NCBI GenBank assembly: GCA_038254115.1
Contig: JBBSGK010000001.1
Span: forward strand, 67,778-131,777
Direction of reading: 5' to 3'
DNA length: 64,000 bases
Source of the DNA: Candidatus Levyibacteriota bacterium
Lineage (GTDB): Bacteria > Patescibacteriota > Microgenomatia > Levybacterales > UBA12049
The notes beneath the pieces were generated by a model. That model had not been told where the DNA came from, searched no databases, and saw only the letters and a program-made list of their open reading frames with translations. Of the stretch, positions 1-9,618 are shown piece by piece; position 1 is the stretch's first letter, and each line of letters starts with the position of its first letter. Position numbers and translations under genes: made by a program.

Positions 1-336
1 TTTAAACCCGAACTGCTTAACCGTTTTGATGATGTGATAACGTTTAAACCTCTTGGTGAGGAGCAGGTCACACAAGTAGTGCAATTGATGCTTAACAGTT
101 TGACAAAAGATATGGAGGAGCAGGACATAAAGTTGGTTTTTGAGCCGGCCGTGATTGAAAAAATCGGCCAAGAAGGTTTTGATCCGGAATTTGGCGCCCG
201 CCCATTACGGCGCTATATTCAGGACAATATTGAAGACATGATCGCGCAGAAAAAATTGACAAAAGAACTTGATAGGGGAAAAACAGCTACTTTCTCAATC
301 GACGGTACAGGGGCGCTTAAGCTTACGGTTTCATAG
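1..336 (+). CDS. Clp/Hsp100-family ATPase (ClpB/ClpC-like), C-terminal fragment; the gene starts upstream of the window
   Basis: Frame 1 from base 1 reads FKPELLNRFDDVITFKPLGEE...GARPLRRYIQDNIEDMIAQ, matching the D2-small/C-terminal domain of Clp ATPases. Stop codon at 334-336. Confidence 0.8.
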   Translation, partial: FKPELLNRFDDVITFKPLGEEQVTQVVQLMLNSLTKDMEEQDIKLVFEPAVIEKIGQEGFDPEFGARPLRRYIQDNIEDMIAQKKLTKELDRGKTATFSIDGTGALKLTVS

Positions 337-344
337 GTCTTAAT

Positions 345-703
345 CGTCATTCTGGCTTGTCCAGAATCTCTAATATGAAAGGTGGTTATGTTTACGTCAT
401 GTCAAATATTAGTCAAACCTTATATACAGGAGTTACTAGTAATCTAATAGGAAGAATCTATCAACACAAAAATAATCAGGTAAAAGGGTTTACTCAAAAA
501 TACAATCTACATATGCTGGTTTATTATGAGGTTCTGGACGGAATAACTTCAGCCATAATAAGAGAGAAACAAATCAAAGATATGAATAGAGCAGAAAAAT
601 TAAATATGATTTATAAATTTAATCCAGAGTTTAAAGATTTATACGATCAAATAATAACGTGAGAGATTCTGGAGTCGTCGCTTCACTTCTCCCCAGAATG
701 ACG
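345..703. mobile_element. Inverted-repeat/hairpin-bounded cassette carrying a single GIY-YIG gene (candidate miniature mobile element)
   Basis: Left end cgtcATTCTGGcttgtCCAGAATctc (345-370) is the exact reverse complement of the arms of the right end gagATTCTGGagtcgtcgcttcacttctccCCAGAATgacg (663-703). Each end is itself a 7-bp hairpin. A related solo copy (attctgttccagaatgac) lies at 15866-15883. Confidence 0.4.
375..662 (+). CDS. GIY-YIG nuclease superfamily protein (YhbQ/UPF0213-like), about 95 aa
   Basis: GGYVYVMSN...LYTGVTSNLIGRIYQHK matches the GIY-YIG/URI domain. The ORF track gives 357..662; the start is set here at MKGG. The gene ends with TGA. Confidence 0.75.
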   Translation: MKGGYVYVMSNISQTLYTGVTSNLIGRIYQHKNNQVKGFTQKYNLHMLVYYEVLDGITSAIIREKQIKDMNRAEKLNMIYKFNPEFKDLYDQIIT

Positions 704-754
704 ATAGATACTGTTTATTGATTTAAAAGTCAAGGTTGTTAGATTGAGCTTAAT

Positions 755-1933
755 TTGTTATACTGTAGACCAATTATGCCAGCCATACAACGATCAGAAT
801 TTTCATTAGCGCTTAATCAGGTAGCCTCCGAGCGGGGGGTTGATGTTGATGTTGTTTTGGACACCGTCAAGAACGCTATTTTGGCTGCGTACCGCAAGGA
901 TCATTCGGGTGTTGAGATTGAAGAATTTGATGCAGAATTGAACCCAAATACAGGCGAAGCACACATCCTGCATAATGGAAAAGATGTAACACCACCTGGA
1001 TTTGGCAGGATCGCTGCCCAAACAGCAAAGCAGGTAATCTTGCAGAAAATCCGCGAAAAAGAAAAAGAGGCTATCTTTACAGACTACCGTGTAAAAATAG
1101 GTACAGTTATAAATGGTATGGTTCTGCGGTTTGCGGGAGTAAACATCATCGTAGACATAGGAAAAACTGAGGCCATCATGCCACTTTCTGAGCAAGTACC
1201 AAATGAAAAATACCACCTAAATCAGCGGCTCGGATTTTACATGCTTGATATAAGAGAGGGAATGAAGGGTGACGAGATAGTGGTATCACGGGCAGCAAAC
1301 GGTTTGGTTGAGGGGTTATTTAAAAGAGAAGTTCCTGAGATAGCCCAAGGAAGTGTTGAGATAAAAGCAATTGTGCGTGAACCGGGAAATAGATCCAAAG
1401 TCGCCGTTTTTTCCGCACAACCGGGTATTGATCCTGTCGGGTCTTGTGTCGGACAAAAAGGCGTACGGGTCCAGGCAATTATCCAGGAACTGGGCGGACT
1501 TGAAAAAGTCGATATTATCCAGTGGGCAGATGAGCCAAAGACATATATCGCTCAAGCTCTGTCTCCAGCCAAAAATGTACGGGTAGAGATTAATGAAGAG
1601 GAAAAAATTGCGCGGGTTTTTGTACCTACTGAGGAATTGTCTTTGGCGATTGGCAAAGAAGGTCAAAATGTACGCCTCGCACACAAGCTTACAGGATATA
1701 GAATTGAAATAGAAGGCAAAGAGGAAGCGGGAGAGATAGAAGGGTCTGCGTCAAACGCGGCTGAGGCAGAAGAGACCAAGCCTTCGTCAAAGGCTTCGGT
1801 GGGCGAGACGAAAGTTGAAGCAGACTCTAAAGATTTAGAAAAAGAAGAAGCAAAGCCAAAGGCAGCAAAAGCCAAAAAAGCACCAGCCAAAACAAAAAAA
1901 GTAAAAGAGGAAAAAGTAGAAGAGGAAAAATGA
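755..1933 (+). CDS. nusA: Transcription termination/antitermination factor NusA with a K/E/A-rich C-terminal tail
   Basis: NusA N-terminal domain, S1 and KH domains are recognisable (e.g. GKEGQNVRLAHKLTGYRIEI). The start may instead be at the internal Met at 776. Confidence 0.9.
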   Translation: MLYCRPIMPAIQRSEFSLALNQVASERGVDVDVVLDTVKNAILAAYRKDHSGVEIEEFDAELNPNTGEAHILHNGKDVTPPGFGRIAAQTAKQVILQKIREKEKEAIFTDYRVKIGTVINGMVLRFAGVNIIVDIGKTEAIMPLSEQVPNEKYHLNQRLGFYMLDIREGMKGDEIVVSRAANGLVEGLFKREVPEIAQGSVEIKAIVREPGNRSKVAVFSAQPGIDPVGSCVGQKGVRVQAIIQELGGLEKVDIIQWADEPKTYIAQALSPAKNVRVEINEEEKIARVFVPTEELSLAIGKEGQNVRLAHKLTGYRIEIEGKEEAGEIEGSASNAAEAEETKPSSKASVGETKVEADSKDLEKEEAKPKAAKAKKAPAKTKKVKEEKVEEEK

Positions 1934-2107
1934 ATAACGTGGGAATTTTCAATTTGAAATTTGAAATTACCTTGTCATGCTGAACTTGTTTCAGTATCTC
2001 ATATAAATCGCATGGATCCCGAAATAAATTCGGGAGGACAAGAATAGAAGTGAAAATTCAATGAAAATTAAAAATTTTAAATTAAAAATTAGATTAGGAT
2101 ACAAACT

Positions 2108-3586
2108 ATGGATAAGAAGAGCAATTCAACTTCGACAAATAACTCCCATTTCCCACCTGTCGTAGCAGTTCTTGGTCATGTTGATCATGGCAAAACAACA
2201 CTTCTTGATGCAATCCGAAAAACATCACAGGCAGAGCGGGAAAAAGGAGGTATCACGCAGAAAATTGGAGCATCCCAAGTAGAGATAGTCCATGACGGCA
2301 AAACCCGGAAAATTACTTTTATTGATACCCCGGGGCATGCTGCTTTCACCAAAATGCGCGGACGCGGCGCCACAGCGTCTGATATTGTTCTTCTTATAAT
2401 TTCCCTCGCTGATAGTGTAAAACCCCAGACAAAAGAAAGTATTGAAATTCTCAAAGAATCCAAGACACCCTTTATAGTAGTACTGACAAAAGCAGATTTG
2501 CCTGATCTTATTCCTGAAAAAAGTAAAAAAGATCTTTCCAAAGAAGGGATTTTGCTTGAGGGCTACGGTGGAGATGTGCCGTATATTGAAGTATCTGCCA
2601 AGACAGGAAGCAACATCAAAGAGCTTCTGGATCTGATTCTTCTTATGTTTGATATGCACAAAAAGCCGGAATACGTAAAGGAAGTTTCAGAGACAAATCC
2701 TTTTCAGGCAATTGTCATTGAGGCTAAATTGGATTCCAGAATCGGTCCAAAAGCGACAATTGTTATAAAAAACGGGAGTGTTGTGGCGCGGGATGTACTC
2801 AAGGCCGAAGGCCAGACATTTAAAGTAAGGACCATGCTCAATGACATGGGCAAGCCGGTTGAGAAAGCAACAGTTGGTGATGCAGTCGAGCTTTTTGGAT
2901 TTATGAAAGTGCCTGAAGTTGGAAGTATAGTAACTCACGAATCAAATGCAGCGCAAGCTGTCGTTGCGGAAGAAAAAGCGCCTCTTATGAAAGAAGTTAT
3001 GTATAAAAGGGATGAGGAACACAAGGGGCTTTCTGTTATTTTGGTAGCTGATACTCAGGGTTCACTTGAAGCAATTGCCAATGCCTTGCCTGAGGGAGTT
3101 AAGATAGTTGGTCAGAAGACAGGAGAAGTAAGTGATGCGGATATTATCCTTGCCAAGTCGACTCACAGTATAATCCTGAGTTTTAATACCAAGCTGAAGC
3201 CCGCAATAATGACTATGGCAAAGAGCGAAAAAATACTTCTTCGAAATTATGAAATTATCTATGAGCTATTGGAAGAAGTGAAAGATGCACAGGAGGGAAA
3301 ATTATTTTCTCAAATGGAACAAATTTTCGGTACAGCAAAAATACTTCAGAAATTTCCCTACGAAAAAACATTTGCATTCGGTGTGTCTATAACTGATGGA
3401 CGTCTTGCACGGGGTGACCGCGTCCGGATAATGCGGGGTGAATCAATAGTCGGTGAAACCAATATTGTTTCTTTGAGAATCGGGAAAGAGCCAACTTCAA
3501 AAGTTGAGAGCGGAAAAGAGGCAGGAGCAGTTCTCAACAACCCCCTTGACATAATGGTAGGAGATGTGATACTATCCCATAGTTAA
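2108..3586 (+). CDS. infB: Translation initiation factor IF-2, short form (492 aa) lacking the N-terminal extension
   Basis: G-domain motifs VAVLGHVDHGKTTLLD and DTPGHAAF. Synteny nusA-infB. Confidence 0.9.
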   Translation: MDKKSNSTSTNNSHFPPVVAVLGHVDHGKTTLLDAIRKTSQAEREKGGITQKIGASQVEIVHDGKTRKITFIDTPGHAAFTKMRGRGATASDIVLLIISLADSVKPQTKESIEILKESKTPFIVVLTKADLPDLIPEKSKKDLSKEGILLEGYGGDVPYIEVSAKTGSNIKELLDLILLMFDMHKKPEYVKEVSETNPFQAIVIEAKLDSRIGPKATIVIKNGSVVARDVLKAEGQTFKVRTMLNDMGKPVEKATVGDAVELFGFMKVPEVGSIVTHESNAAQAVVAEEKAPLMKEVMYKRDEEHKGLSVILVADTQGSLEAIANALPEGVKIVGQKTGEVSDADIILAKSTHSIILSFNTKLKPAIMTMAKSEKILLRNYEIIYELLEEVKDAQEGKLFSQMEQIFGTAKILQKFPYEKTFAFGVSITDGRLARGDRVRIMRGESIVGETNIVSLRIGKEPTSKVESGKEAGAVLNNPLDIMVGDVILSHS

Positions 3587-3617
3587 TCTTTTCTGGTGGC
3601 AGAAATAGATATAAAAT

Positions 3618-4742
3618 ATGGATAATAATACAATACAACAAATCAAAGATACTATTGCTCAAAGCAACAGTATTGGGATAACAGCTCCAATTAATCCATC
3701 TGTGGATGAAATGGCAGCGGCCCTATCACTCTATCTTATACTAAAAAGCTCCGGTAAAAACGTGTCTATAGCATCTCCAAAGGATCCTCTGGTTGAGGTG
3801 TCTTCACTTGTAGGAATCAATAAAGTTGAGAAAACACTAAAAGGCAGTGGTGGCGGAACAGGAGATTTGACGGTATCATTTCCTTATACAGAAGGCGAGA
3901 TTGAAAAAGTATCTTATACTCTTGAGGAAGGATATCTAAATATAATTGTCAAAGCTTCTGAACAGGGATTAACATTTGATGAAAAAGACGTAGAATACAC
4001 AAGAGGCAGCACAAATCTTGACCTTGTTTTTACAGTCGGTACCAAAAACCTAGCTGATCTGGATCCTGTTTTTGATACACAAAATCTGGATATAAAGATA
4101 GTTAATATAGATAACAAAGAGGATAATGAGCAATTTGGTGATATTGTTTTGATATCTCCAAAGTTATCATCCCTTAGTGAGGCAGTTGCTGATCTCGCCT
4201 TGTCTCTTGGTCTTAACATAGATCAGGATAGCGCGCAGAATTTACTCAACGGTATTTCCAGTGCAACCGGGAACTTTCAAGACACAAAAACAAGCTCACT
4301 TGCTTTTGAAATGGCAGCGCTTCTTATGAAAAAAGGAGCCCAAAGGGAAGCATCCGCAAGCGCAAGACAGGGAATAAGACAACCTGAAGAACAAGCCCAG
4401 CAACAGGCACGACCTCAGCAAAGAAACGCTCAGCAACAGCCACAGCAACAGCCACAAAAACGCGCACAAAATCCAGTAGCCGGACAGGAAAAAACCTTCA
4501 GCAACGCTCAGGATAAGCGTGAGCAGGACAGAATAAAGTTTGAAGAAAACCTGCAAAAAAGAGTTGCAGAAGAAAAAGCACGGGAAGCCCAAGCTGGTCA
4601 AGCAAAACCTCAAAGACAAGCATCTCAACCTCAAAATCAGCCGGTAAATAATCAAGTGCAAGATGCAGATATAGTTGATGATGAAGAAACGCCAACTGAT
4701 TGGCTCGCCCCAAAAGTCTACAAAGGCTCTTCAGAGGTTTAA
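3618..4742 (+). CDS. DHH-family (NrnA-like) protein with degenerate catalytic motifs and a Q/P/A-rich C-terminal tail
   Basis: The N-terminus IGITAPINPSVDEMAAALSLYLIL resembles NrnA motif I (H-NPDGDALGS) but lacks the Asp pair. No DHH or GGGH motifs are found. Position after infB mirrors the infB-rbfA-nrnA synteny of other bacteria. Confidence 0.45.
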   Translation: MDNNTIQQIKDTIAQSNSIGITAPINPSVDEMAAALSLYLILKSSGKNVSIASPKDPLVEVSSLVGINKVEKTLKGSGGGTGDLTVSFPYTEGEIEKVSYTLEEGYLNIIVKASEQGLTFDEKDVEYTRGSTNLDLVFTVGTKNLADLDPVFDTQNLDIKIVNIDNKEDNEQFGDIVLISPKLSSLSEAVADLALSLGLNIDQDSAQNLLNGISSATGNFQDTKTSSLAFEMAALLMKKGAQREASASARQGIRQPEEQAQQQARPQQRNAQQQPQQQPQKRAQNPVAGQEKTFSNAQDKREQDRIKFEENLQKRVAEEKAREAQAGQAKPQRQASQPQNQPVNNQVQDADIVDDEETPTDWLAPKVYKGSSEV

Positions 4743-4797
4743 ATCTACCATAAATAAAGCATTGATATTTCCCAAATAATTACTTATAATCCACAAT

Positions 4798-5253
4798 ATG
4801 AGTGAAGCAGATCTTAGTAGGGCAAATGGAAGCTGCTTTGGTGCCTATGGGATTGGAGAGAAGGTAAAATTTTCCCTTACTATAGATGGTGATGGAAACC
4901 CTACCATAAAATGCCCGAAACGTGATGACAATGATGGTAGTTGCGGAAATACCGGAAACACATCAGACGGCGCGTGTATTTATAATATATTGCGTCACTC
5001 CAATGTAGCCGTGACGAATAATGCAGTATCTTCTAGGCATACAGGTCAAGTTGTACTCAACCATATTGGAAGGAATCCTGGTACAAGCGTAGAGGCGATA
5101 GCCCAAGCTATAGGAACTGTAGTACAGACAGTACGTGGGCCAGTGCAACAGTTGGTTAAGAGAGGAAAAGCGAAATATGATACCCCCCCAGTAAAGGAGG
5201 GATTGCCTCTGCCTGAAGACGCTGTAAGACTTACTCGAAGACCTAGGCGTTAG
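4798..5253 (+). CDS. Hypothetical protein (151 aa); the C-terminal half is a possible winged-helix
   Basis: ORF only. There are 4 Cys in the N-terminal half and a basic C-terminus. No family recognised. Confidence 0.3.
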   Translation: MSEADLSRANGSCFGAYGIGEKVKFSLTIDGDGNPTIKCPKRDDNDGSCGNTGNTSDGACIYNILRHSNVAVTNNAVSSRHTGQVVLNHIGRNPGTSVEAIAQAIGTVVQTVRGPVQQLVKRGKAKYDTPPVKEGLPLPEDAVRLTRRPRR

Positions 5254-5353
5254 ATGGGTTGACCTGTTAATACGGGAAACAAATCCTTCCTACTTGTACC
5301 AAAACTCAATACCTGCTATAATGCATTCAATAAGAATTAAGTAAAGATAATTT

Positions 5354-5623
5354 ATGCCGCTTAGCACTACACAGAAACAGGAAATCATAAATGAATATCA
5401 GACAGGCAAAGGAGATACCGGATCGCCCGAGGTGCAGATAGCGCTTCTGACAAAAAGAATCACCAGGCTTGCCGAGCATCTCAAAGATCACGCGCACGAT
5501 GTGCACTCAAGACGCGGACTTCTCTCAATGATCGCCAAGAGACGAAGACTTATCAACTTTCTTAAAAAGGTTGACGAAGTACGTGTTGACGGGATCTTGA
5601 AAAAGATCGGGATGAAGGATTGA
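5354..5623 (+). CDS. rpsO: 30S ribosomal protein S15
   Basis: LSTTQKQEIINEYQ...GDTGSPEVQIALLTKRITRLAEHLKDH..HSRRGLL matches the S15 family. It sits upstream of pnp, as is typical. Confidence 0.9.
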   Translation: MPLSTTQKQEIINEYQTGKGDTGSPEVQIALLTKRITRLAEHLKDHAHDVHSRRGLLSMIAKRRRLINFLKKVDEVRVDGILKKIGMKD

Positions 5624-5723
5624 CTCTGACTTCAAAAATTGTCATGCTGGATTAACTTCAGCATCTCCAGATTCTGAAAAGATCAGGATGGCAACCAAGA
5701 AGGACGAAAGAACAGAAATATAA

Positions 5724-8123
5724 ATGAAAGACAATAAAACCTCAGTAAGTTTTGAATTTGCAGGAAAACAAATGACCCTTGAAACAGGCCAGCTTGCCGT
5801 GCAGGCAACAGCATCGATTTTTGCCAGGCTTGGGGACACAGTAGTTCTTGCAACCGTCGTTGAGGGCGGAAAAAGAGCCGATATTGATTATTTCCCACTG
5901 AGTGTTGATTATGTTGAAAGACTTTATGCCGGAGGTAAGATCAAAGGCAGCCGCTGGGTGAAAAGAGAAGGACGTCCAAGCGATGAAGCTATATTGTCAG
6001 GCAGACTCATTGACCGTTCCATAAGACCTCTTTTTCCCAAGTCATTTAAAAACGAAGTCCAGGTAATAGTCACTGTTTTATCAGTTGATTCAGAGAATGA
6101 AGCTGACATTCTAGCTCTTAATGCTGTCAGCGCAGCTTTGGCAATGTCCAGGATTCCATGGAACGGTCCTGTTGCCGCTGTGAGAATGGGTTATATTGAA
6201 GATAAAGATGGAGCACAAGCCGCATATCTCCCAAATCCAACGACAACTGAGGCAGAGCATTCTGTCCTGGATGTAGTTGTTTCACAAAGCAGCGAAAAAA
6301 CAGTCATGGTTGAGTCAGGAGCGCTGCAAGTGACAGAAGACGTCATGGCTTTGGCTATTGAGAAAGCGCATGATGAGACAAGAAAAGTTCTGAAAGGAAT
6401 TGAGGAGCTTGTCAAAAAAGCAGGACAGAAAAAAATAGTAGTTGAAGAAGACAAATCGCTTCAGGATGCGATTGCCCTTTTTGAAAAGACATACAAAAAA
6501 GATATAGATTCCCTCATCAAATCACGTGTCAGTAAAGAAGGAGCGGGCGATGAAACAGCTGAATTAATTACCCGTGTTACAGAAGATATAAAAGCTAAAG
6601 ATCCCAAAGCAGAAGTTGACAAAAAAATGCTTGCAAAAGCTTTGGAATATGTCATGTTCAAGATAATCCGTTCAGAGACAGTAAGTAAGAAAAAACGCGT
6701 TGACGGGCGGGGACTTGACGAGATCCGCGAAATCGGCGCGACTGTCGGGATTTTGCCAAGAACTCACGGGTCAGCGCTTTTTGAGCGTGGAATCACACAA
6801 GCCTTGAGCATCGTGACACTGGGTTCACCAAGACTTGAGCAGCTTATTGAATCAGCAGAAGGTGAGGAGATAAAGCGCTATATTCATCATTACTCAGGTC
6901 TTCCATATTCATTTGGACAAGCAGGAAGAATGGGTTTTACCTCAAGGCGTGAAATCGGACACGGAGCATTGGCGGAGCGGGCTCTTAAAGCAGTTATTCC
7001 AACGCAGCAAGACTTTCCATACACCATAAGAGTTGTATCGGAAGTTTTGTCACAAAACGGATCCAGCTCTATGGCATCAACTTGTGGCTCAACACTTGCT
7101 CTTATGGATGCAGGGGTGCCAATTACAGCGCCTGTTGCCGGAATCTCAATCGGGATGATGAGTGAGGGAGACAAATATGTTTTGTTGACAGATATTATCG
7201 GGCTTGAAGATTTTTCAGGAGATATGGATTTTAAAGTCGCCGGAACTGAAAAGGGAATTACAGCAATCCAGCTTGATGTAAAAATAGACGGATTAACTGA
7301 TGCACAGGTTGTTGAGATTCTTGCCCGGGCCAAGACTGCACGTATGCAGATTCTTGAAAAGATGCTCGCGTCTATCCCGGAGTCACGAAAAGACGTTTCT
7401 GAATACGCACCGAAGATTGAGCAAATTCAGGTGCCGGTTGATAAGATCGGTGAAATTATCGGACCCGGGGGCAAAAATATTAAAGCTATTATCGCCCAGA
7501 CCGGTGCAGATGTAGATGTAGATGACGACGGAATAGTGAGTGTTTCAGGAATTTCTGAGGAATCAGTCAGAAAAGCAGTTGATTGGATAACGGGTATGAC
7601 ACGGGACGTGACACCGGGTGAGGAATTTGAGGGAACAGTGAAAAGAATTCTTCCCTTCGGAGCTTTCGTTGAATATTTACCCGGACGTGAGGGAATGGTA
7701 CATGTCAGTAAAATGAAAAGGGGAGCTTTTGTAAAAGATCCATCTGAAGTTGTAAAAGTCGGGCAAACTGTAAAGGTAAAAGTGGAAGAGCGTGATCAGC
7801 AAGGTCGGATAAATCTAACAATGCTTGTTGATGGAGATGATAATGGTGCCCCTCCGGGCCAGGGATTTGACAGACCCAGAGAGCCTAGAGATGAAGGCCA
7901 AGGCGGTGGAGGATTCCAATCTAGACCCCAGGGTGACAGATTTAGCGGAGCATCTCACGATAGACCATTTAATAATAGAAATTCAGGCGACAGATCATTC
8001 AACAGAGATTCCGGATCAGCTCCGAAATCAGATCATCCATTGTCACAGCAGCTAAGACGTGAAAGTTCTGCAAAAGCGGCAGGAGGCCGCAAATTCCCCC
8101 CGAAAAAAAGATTTAGTAGATAA
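5724..8123 (+). CDS. pnp: Polyribonucleotide nucleotidyltransferase (PNPase) with an RG/G-rich basic C-terminal tail
   Basis: Two RNase PH domains, KH (IGPGGKNIKAI) and S1 domains. Size and rpsO-pnp synteny fit. Confidence 0.95.
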   Translation: MKDNKTSVSFEFAGKQMTLETGQLAVQATASIFARLGDTVVLATVVEGGKRADIDYFPLSVDYVERLYAGGKIKGSRWVKREGRPSDEAILSGRLIDRSIRPLFPKSFKNEVQVIVTVLSVDSENEADILALNAVSAALAMSRIPWNGPVAAVRMGYIEDKDGAQAAYLPNPTTTEAEHSVLDVVVSQSSEKTVMVESGALQVTEDVMALAIEKAHDETRKVLKGIEELVKKAGQKKIVVEEDKSLQDAIALFEKTYKKDIDSLIKSRVSKEGAGDETAELITRVTEDIKAKDPKAEVDKKMLAKALEYVMFKIIRSETVSKKKRVDGRGLDEIREIGATVGILPRTHGSALFERGITQALSIVTLGSPRLEQLIESAEGEEIKRYIHHYSGLPYSFGQAGRMGFTSRREIGHGALAERALKAVIPTQQDFPYTIRVVSEVLSQNGSSSMASTCGSTLALMDAGVPITAPVAGISIGMMSEGDKYVLLTDIIGLEDFSGDMDFKVAGTEKGITAIQLDVKIDGLTDAQVVEILARAKTARMQILEKMLASIPESRKDVSEYAPKIEQIQVPVDKIGEIIGPGGKNIKAIIAQTGADVDVDDDGIVSVSGISEESVRKAVDWITGMTRDVTPGEEFEGTVKRILPFGAFVEYLPGREGMVHVSKMKRGAFVKDPSEVVKVGQTVKVKVEERDQQGRINLTMLVDGDDNGAPPGQGFDRPREPRDEGQGGGGFQSRPQGDRFSGASHDRPFNNRNSGDRSFNRDSGSAPKSDHPLSQQLRRESSAKAAGGRKFPPKKRFSR

Positions 8124-8176
8124 GTTAGATCTTCAATCTTTTGCAATGTCTTTTCCCAATAGTGTAATATAGGTAT

Positions 8177-9511
8177 ATGGATCCTACTGCTCAAACGCCT
8201 GCAATTCCATCTACAGATCAACCAGTTGCCACGCCCACTCCTGTTGTCAATCCCGAAGAGCAGGCGGCCGCTGCGCGCGGGGATATCCCGATGAATTCAG
8301 ATAGCAGTATTGCTGCTCAAAACGCTGCAGATAGTGCTGCATTGAGCAAACTGGAAGACATAAATACAGCACAGATGGTCAATAACGACACCACCCAGCA
8401 GGAAATAAATGGGGCATCTGGGGCTACTCAAAAGATATCGGATCATGGAAAGTCATCTGATCAGATCCGCTCTCTTGGTGAAAAAATAGAAAATGCTCCT
8501 ATTCCTCCTGATTTTAAGCAAGAATTGATTGATAGGATTTCACGTCTTGCTATGATCCGCTCATCTGCAGGGTTCCTAAGCTCTACCTACATCATGGAAT
8601 ATGAATCAACACAGCGTTATGTCAACTGGATAATAGGTATGCCATGGGATAAAAAAAGCGAAGATATACTTGATCTGACAAAAGCCCGTGAAATTATGGA
8701 TAAGAATCACTACGGTCTGGGGCCGCTCAAGCAAAGAGTGTTGGAATACATAGCAACTCTTATGTTAAATATTAAAAATTATGGGGATACAGGGAATATT
8801 ATCAAGTCCCCGATTCTTTGTATTGTAGGTTTGGCAGGAACCGGAAAAACTACATTTGCTTACTCTTTGGCTCAAGCACTGGGACGGGCTTTTGAAAGAA
8901 TTCCATTTGGAGGAATGGCTGATTCCAGAGTTCTCCGGGGACAGTCGCGTTACTTTCCGGATGCTGAGCCCGGACAGATTATAAAGCGTCTGGTTCACAG
9001 CAACACTAAGAATCCTGTAATTCTTCTTGATGAATTGGACCGTGTGACAGATACCGCAAGAGCCGATATCATGGGGGTTTTGATTGAGGTTCTGGATCCT
9101 GAACAGAATGCGCGCTTCACAGATCATTACGTTGATTATCCTTTCAATTTGCAAAACACTCTTTTTATCGCAACAGCCAACAACGTCTCAAGCGTCGCGA
9201 CAGCCGTTCTTGACCGTCTTGAGATTATTCAGATGCCCTCCTACAATGATGAGGAAAAGACAGTGATCGGGAGGGATTATGTACTTCCCAAAACAATGAC
9301 GCTTACAGGTCTGCTTCCTGAGCAATTGATTATCGACCCAACTGTTTGGGAGGGACTTATCAGACCGCTTGGATATGATCCCGGCATCCGTGGACTTGAT
9401 AGATTGATTACAGGAATGTGCCGCAAAGCAGCCACGCAAATAGTTCTGGGTCAAGCCCAAACTGTAAAAATAACCAATGAGAATGTAAAACAATTTTTAC
9501 CGGAGTGGTAA
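8177..9511 (+). CDS. Lon-like AAA+ ATPase module without N-domain or S16 peptidase domain; low-complexity P/T/A/Q N-terminus
   Basis: Collinear with E. coli Lon residues about 250-590: HYGLGPLKQRVLEYI, Walker A GLAGTGKT, Walker B ILLDELD, EVLDPEQN, ATAN..LDR. The ORF ends at TAA 9512-9514 and the next gene is unrelated. Confidence 0.8.
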   Translation: MDPTAQTPAIPSTDQPVATPTPVVNPEEQAAAARGDIPMNSDSSIAAQNAADSAALSKLEDINTAQMVNNDTTQQEINGASGATQKISDHGKSSDQIRSLGEKIENAPIPPDFKQELIDRISRLAMIRSSAGFLSSTYIMEYESTQRYVNWIIGMPWDKKSEDILDLTKAREIMDKNHYGLGPLKQRVLEYIATLMLNIKNYGDTGNIIKSPILCIVGLAGTGKTTFAYSLAQALGRAFERIPFGGMADSRVLRGQSRYFPDAEPGQIIKRLVHSNTKNPVILLDELDRVTDTARADIMGVLIEVLDPEQNARFTDHYVDYPFNLQNTLFIATANNVSSVATAVLDRLEIIQMPSYNDEEKTVIGRDYVLPKTMTLTGLLPEQLIIDPTVWEGLIRPLGYDPGIRGLDRLITGMCRKAATQIVLGQAQTVKITNENVKQFLPEW

Positions 9512-9618
9512 TAAAAATTAAATATTAAAAATAATTTGTTATCCTGAATTTATTCCTCTAAACCTTATTTCTCATGCGTGTTTAATTTTATGTTTATCTA
9601 CTGTATAATTACTCAAGT

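Noticed and set aside
806-1890. Antisense ORFs inside nusA (806-1216, 1316-1684, 1663-1890 on the minus strand)
   Set aside because: They fall entirely within a well-supported nusA coding region and have implausible composition. They are shadow ORFs.
5640-5680. Hairpin AUGCUG-N9-CAGCAU between rpsO and pnp, considered as the RNase III autoregulatory site of pnp or a relative of the ATTCTGG repeat
   Set aside because: Only a 6-bp stem with no T-run and a poor match to the ATTCTGG/CCAGAAT element. It cannot be distinguished from chance.
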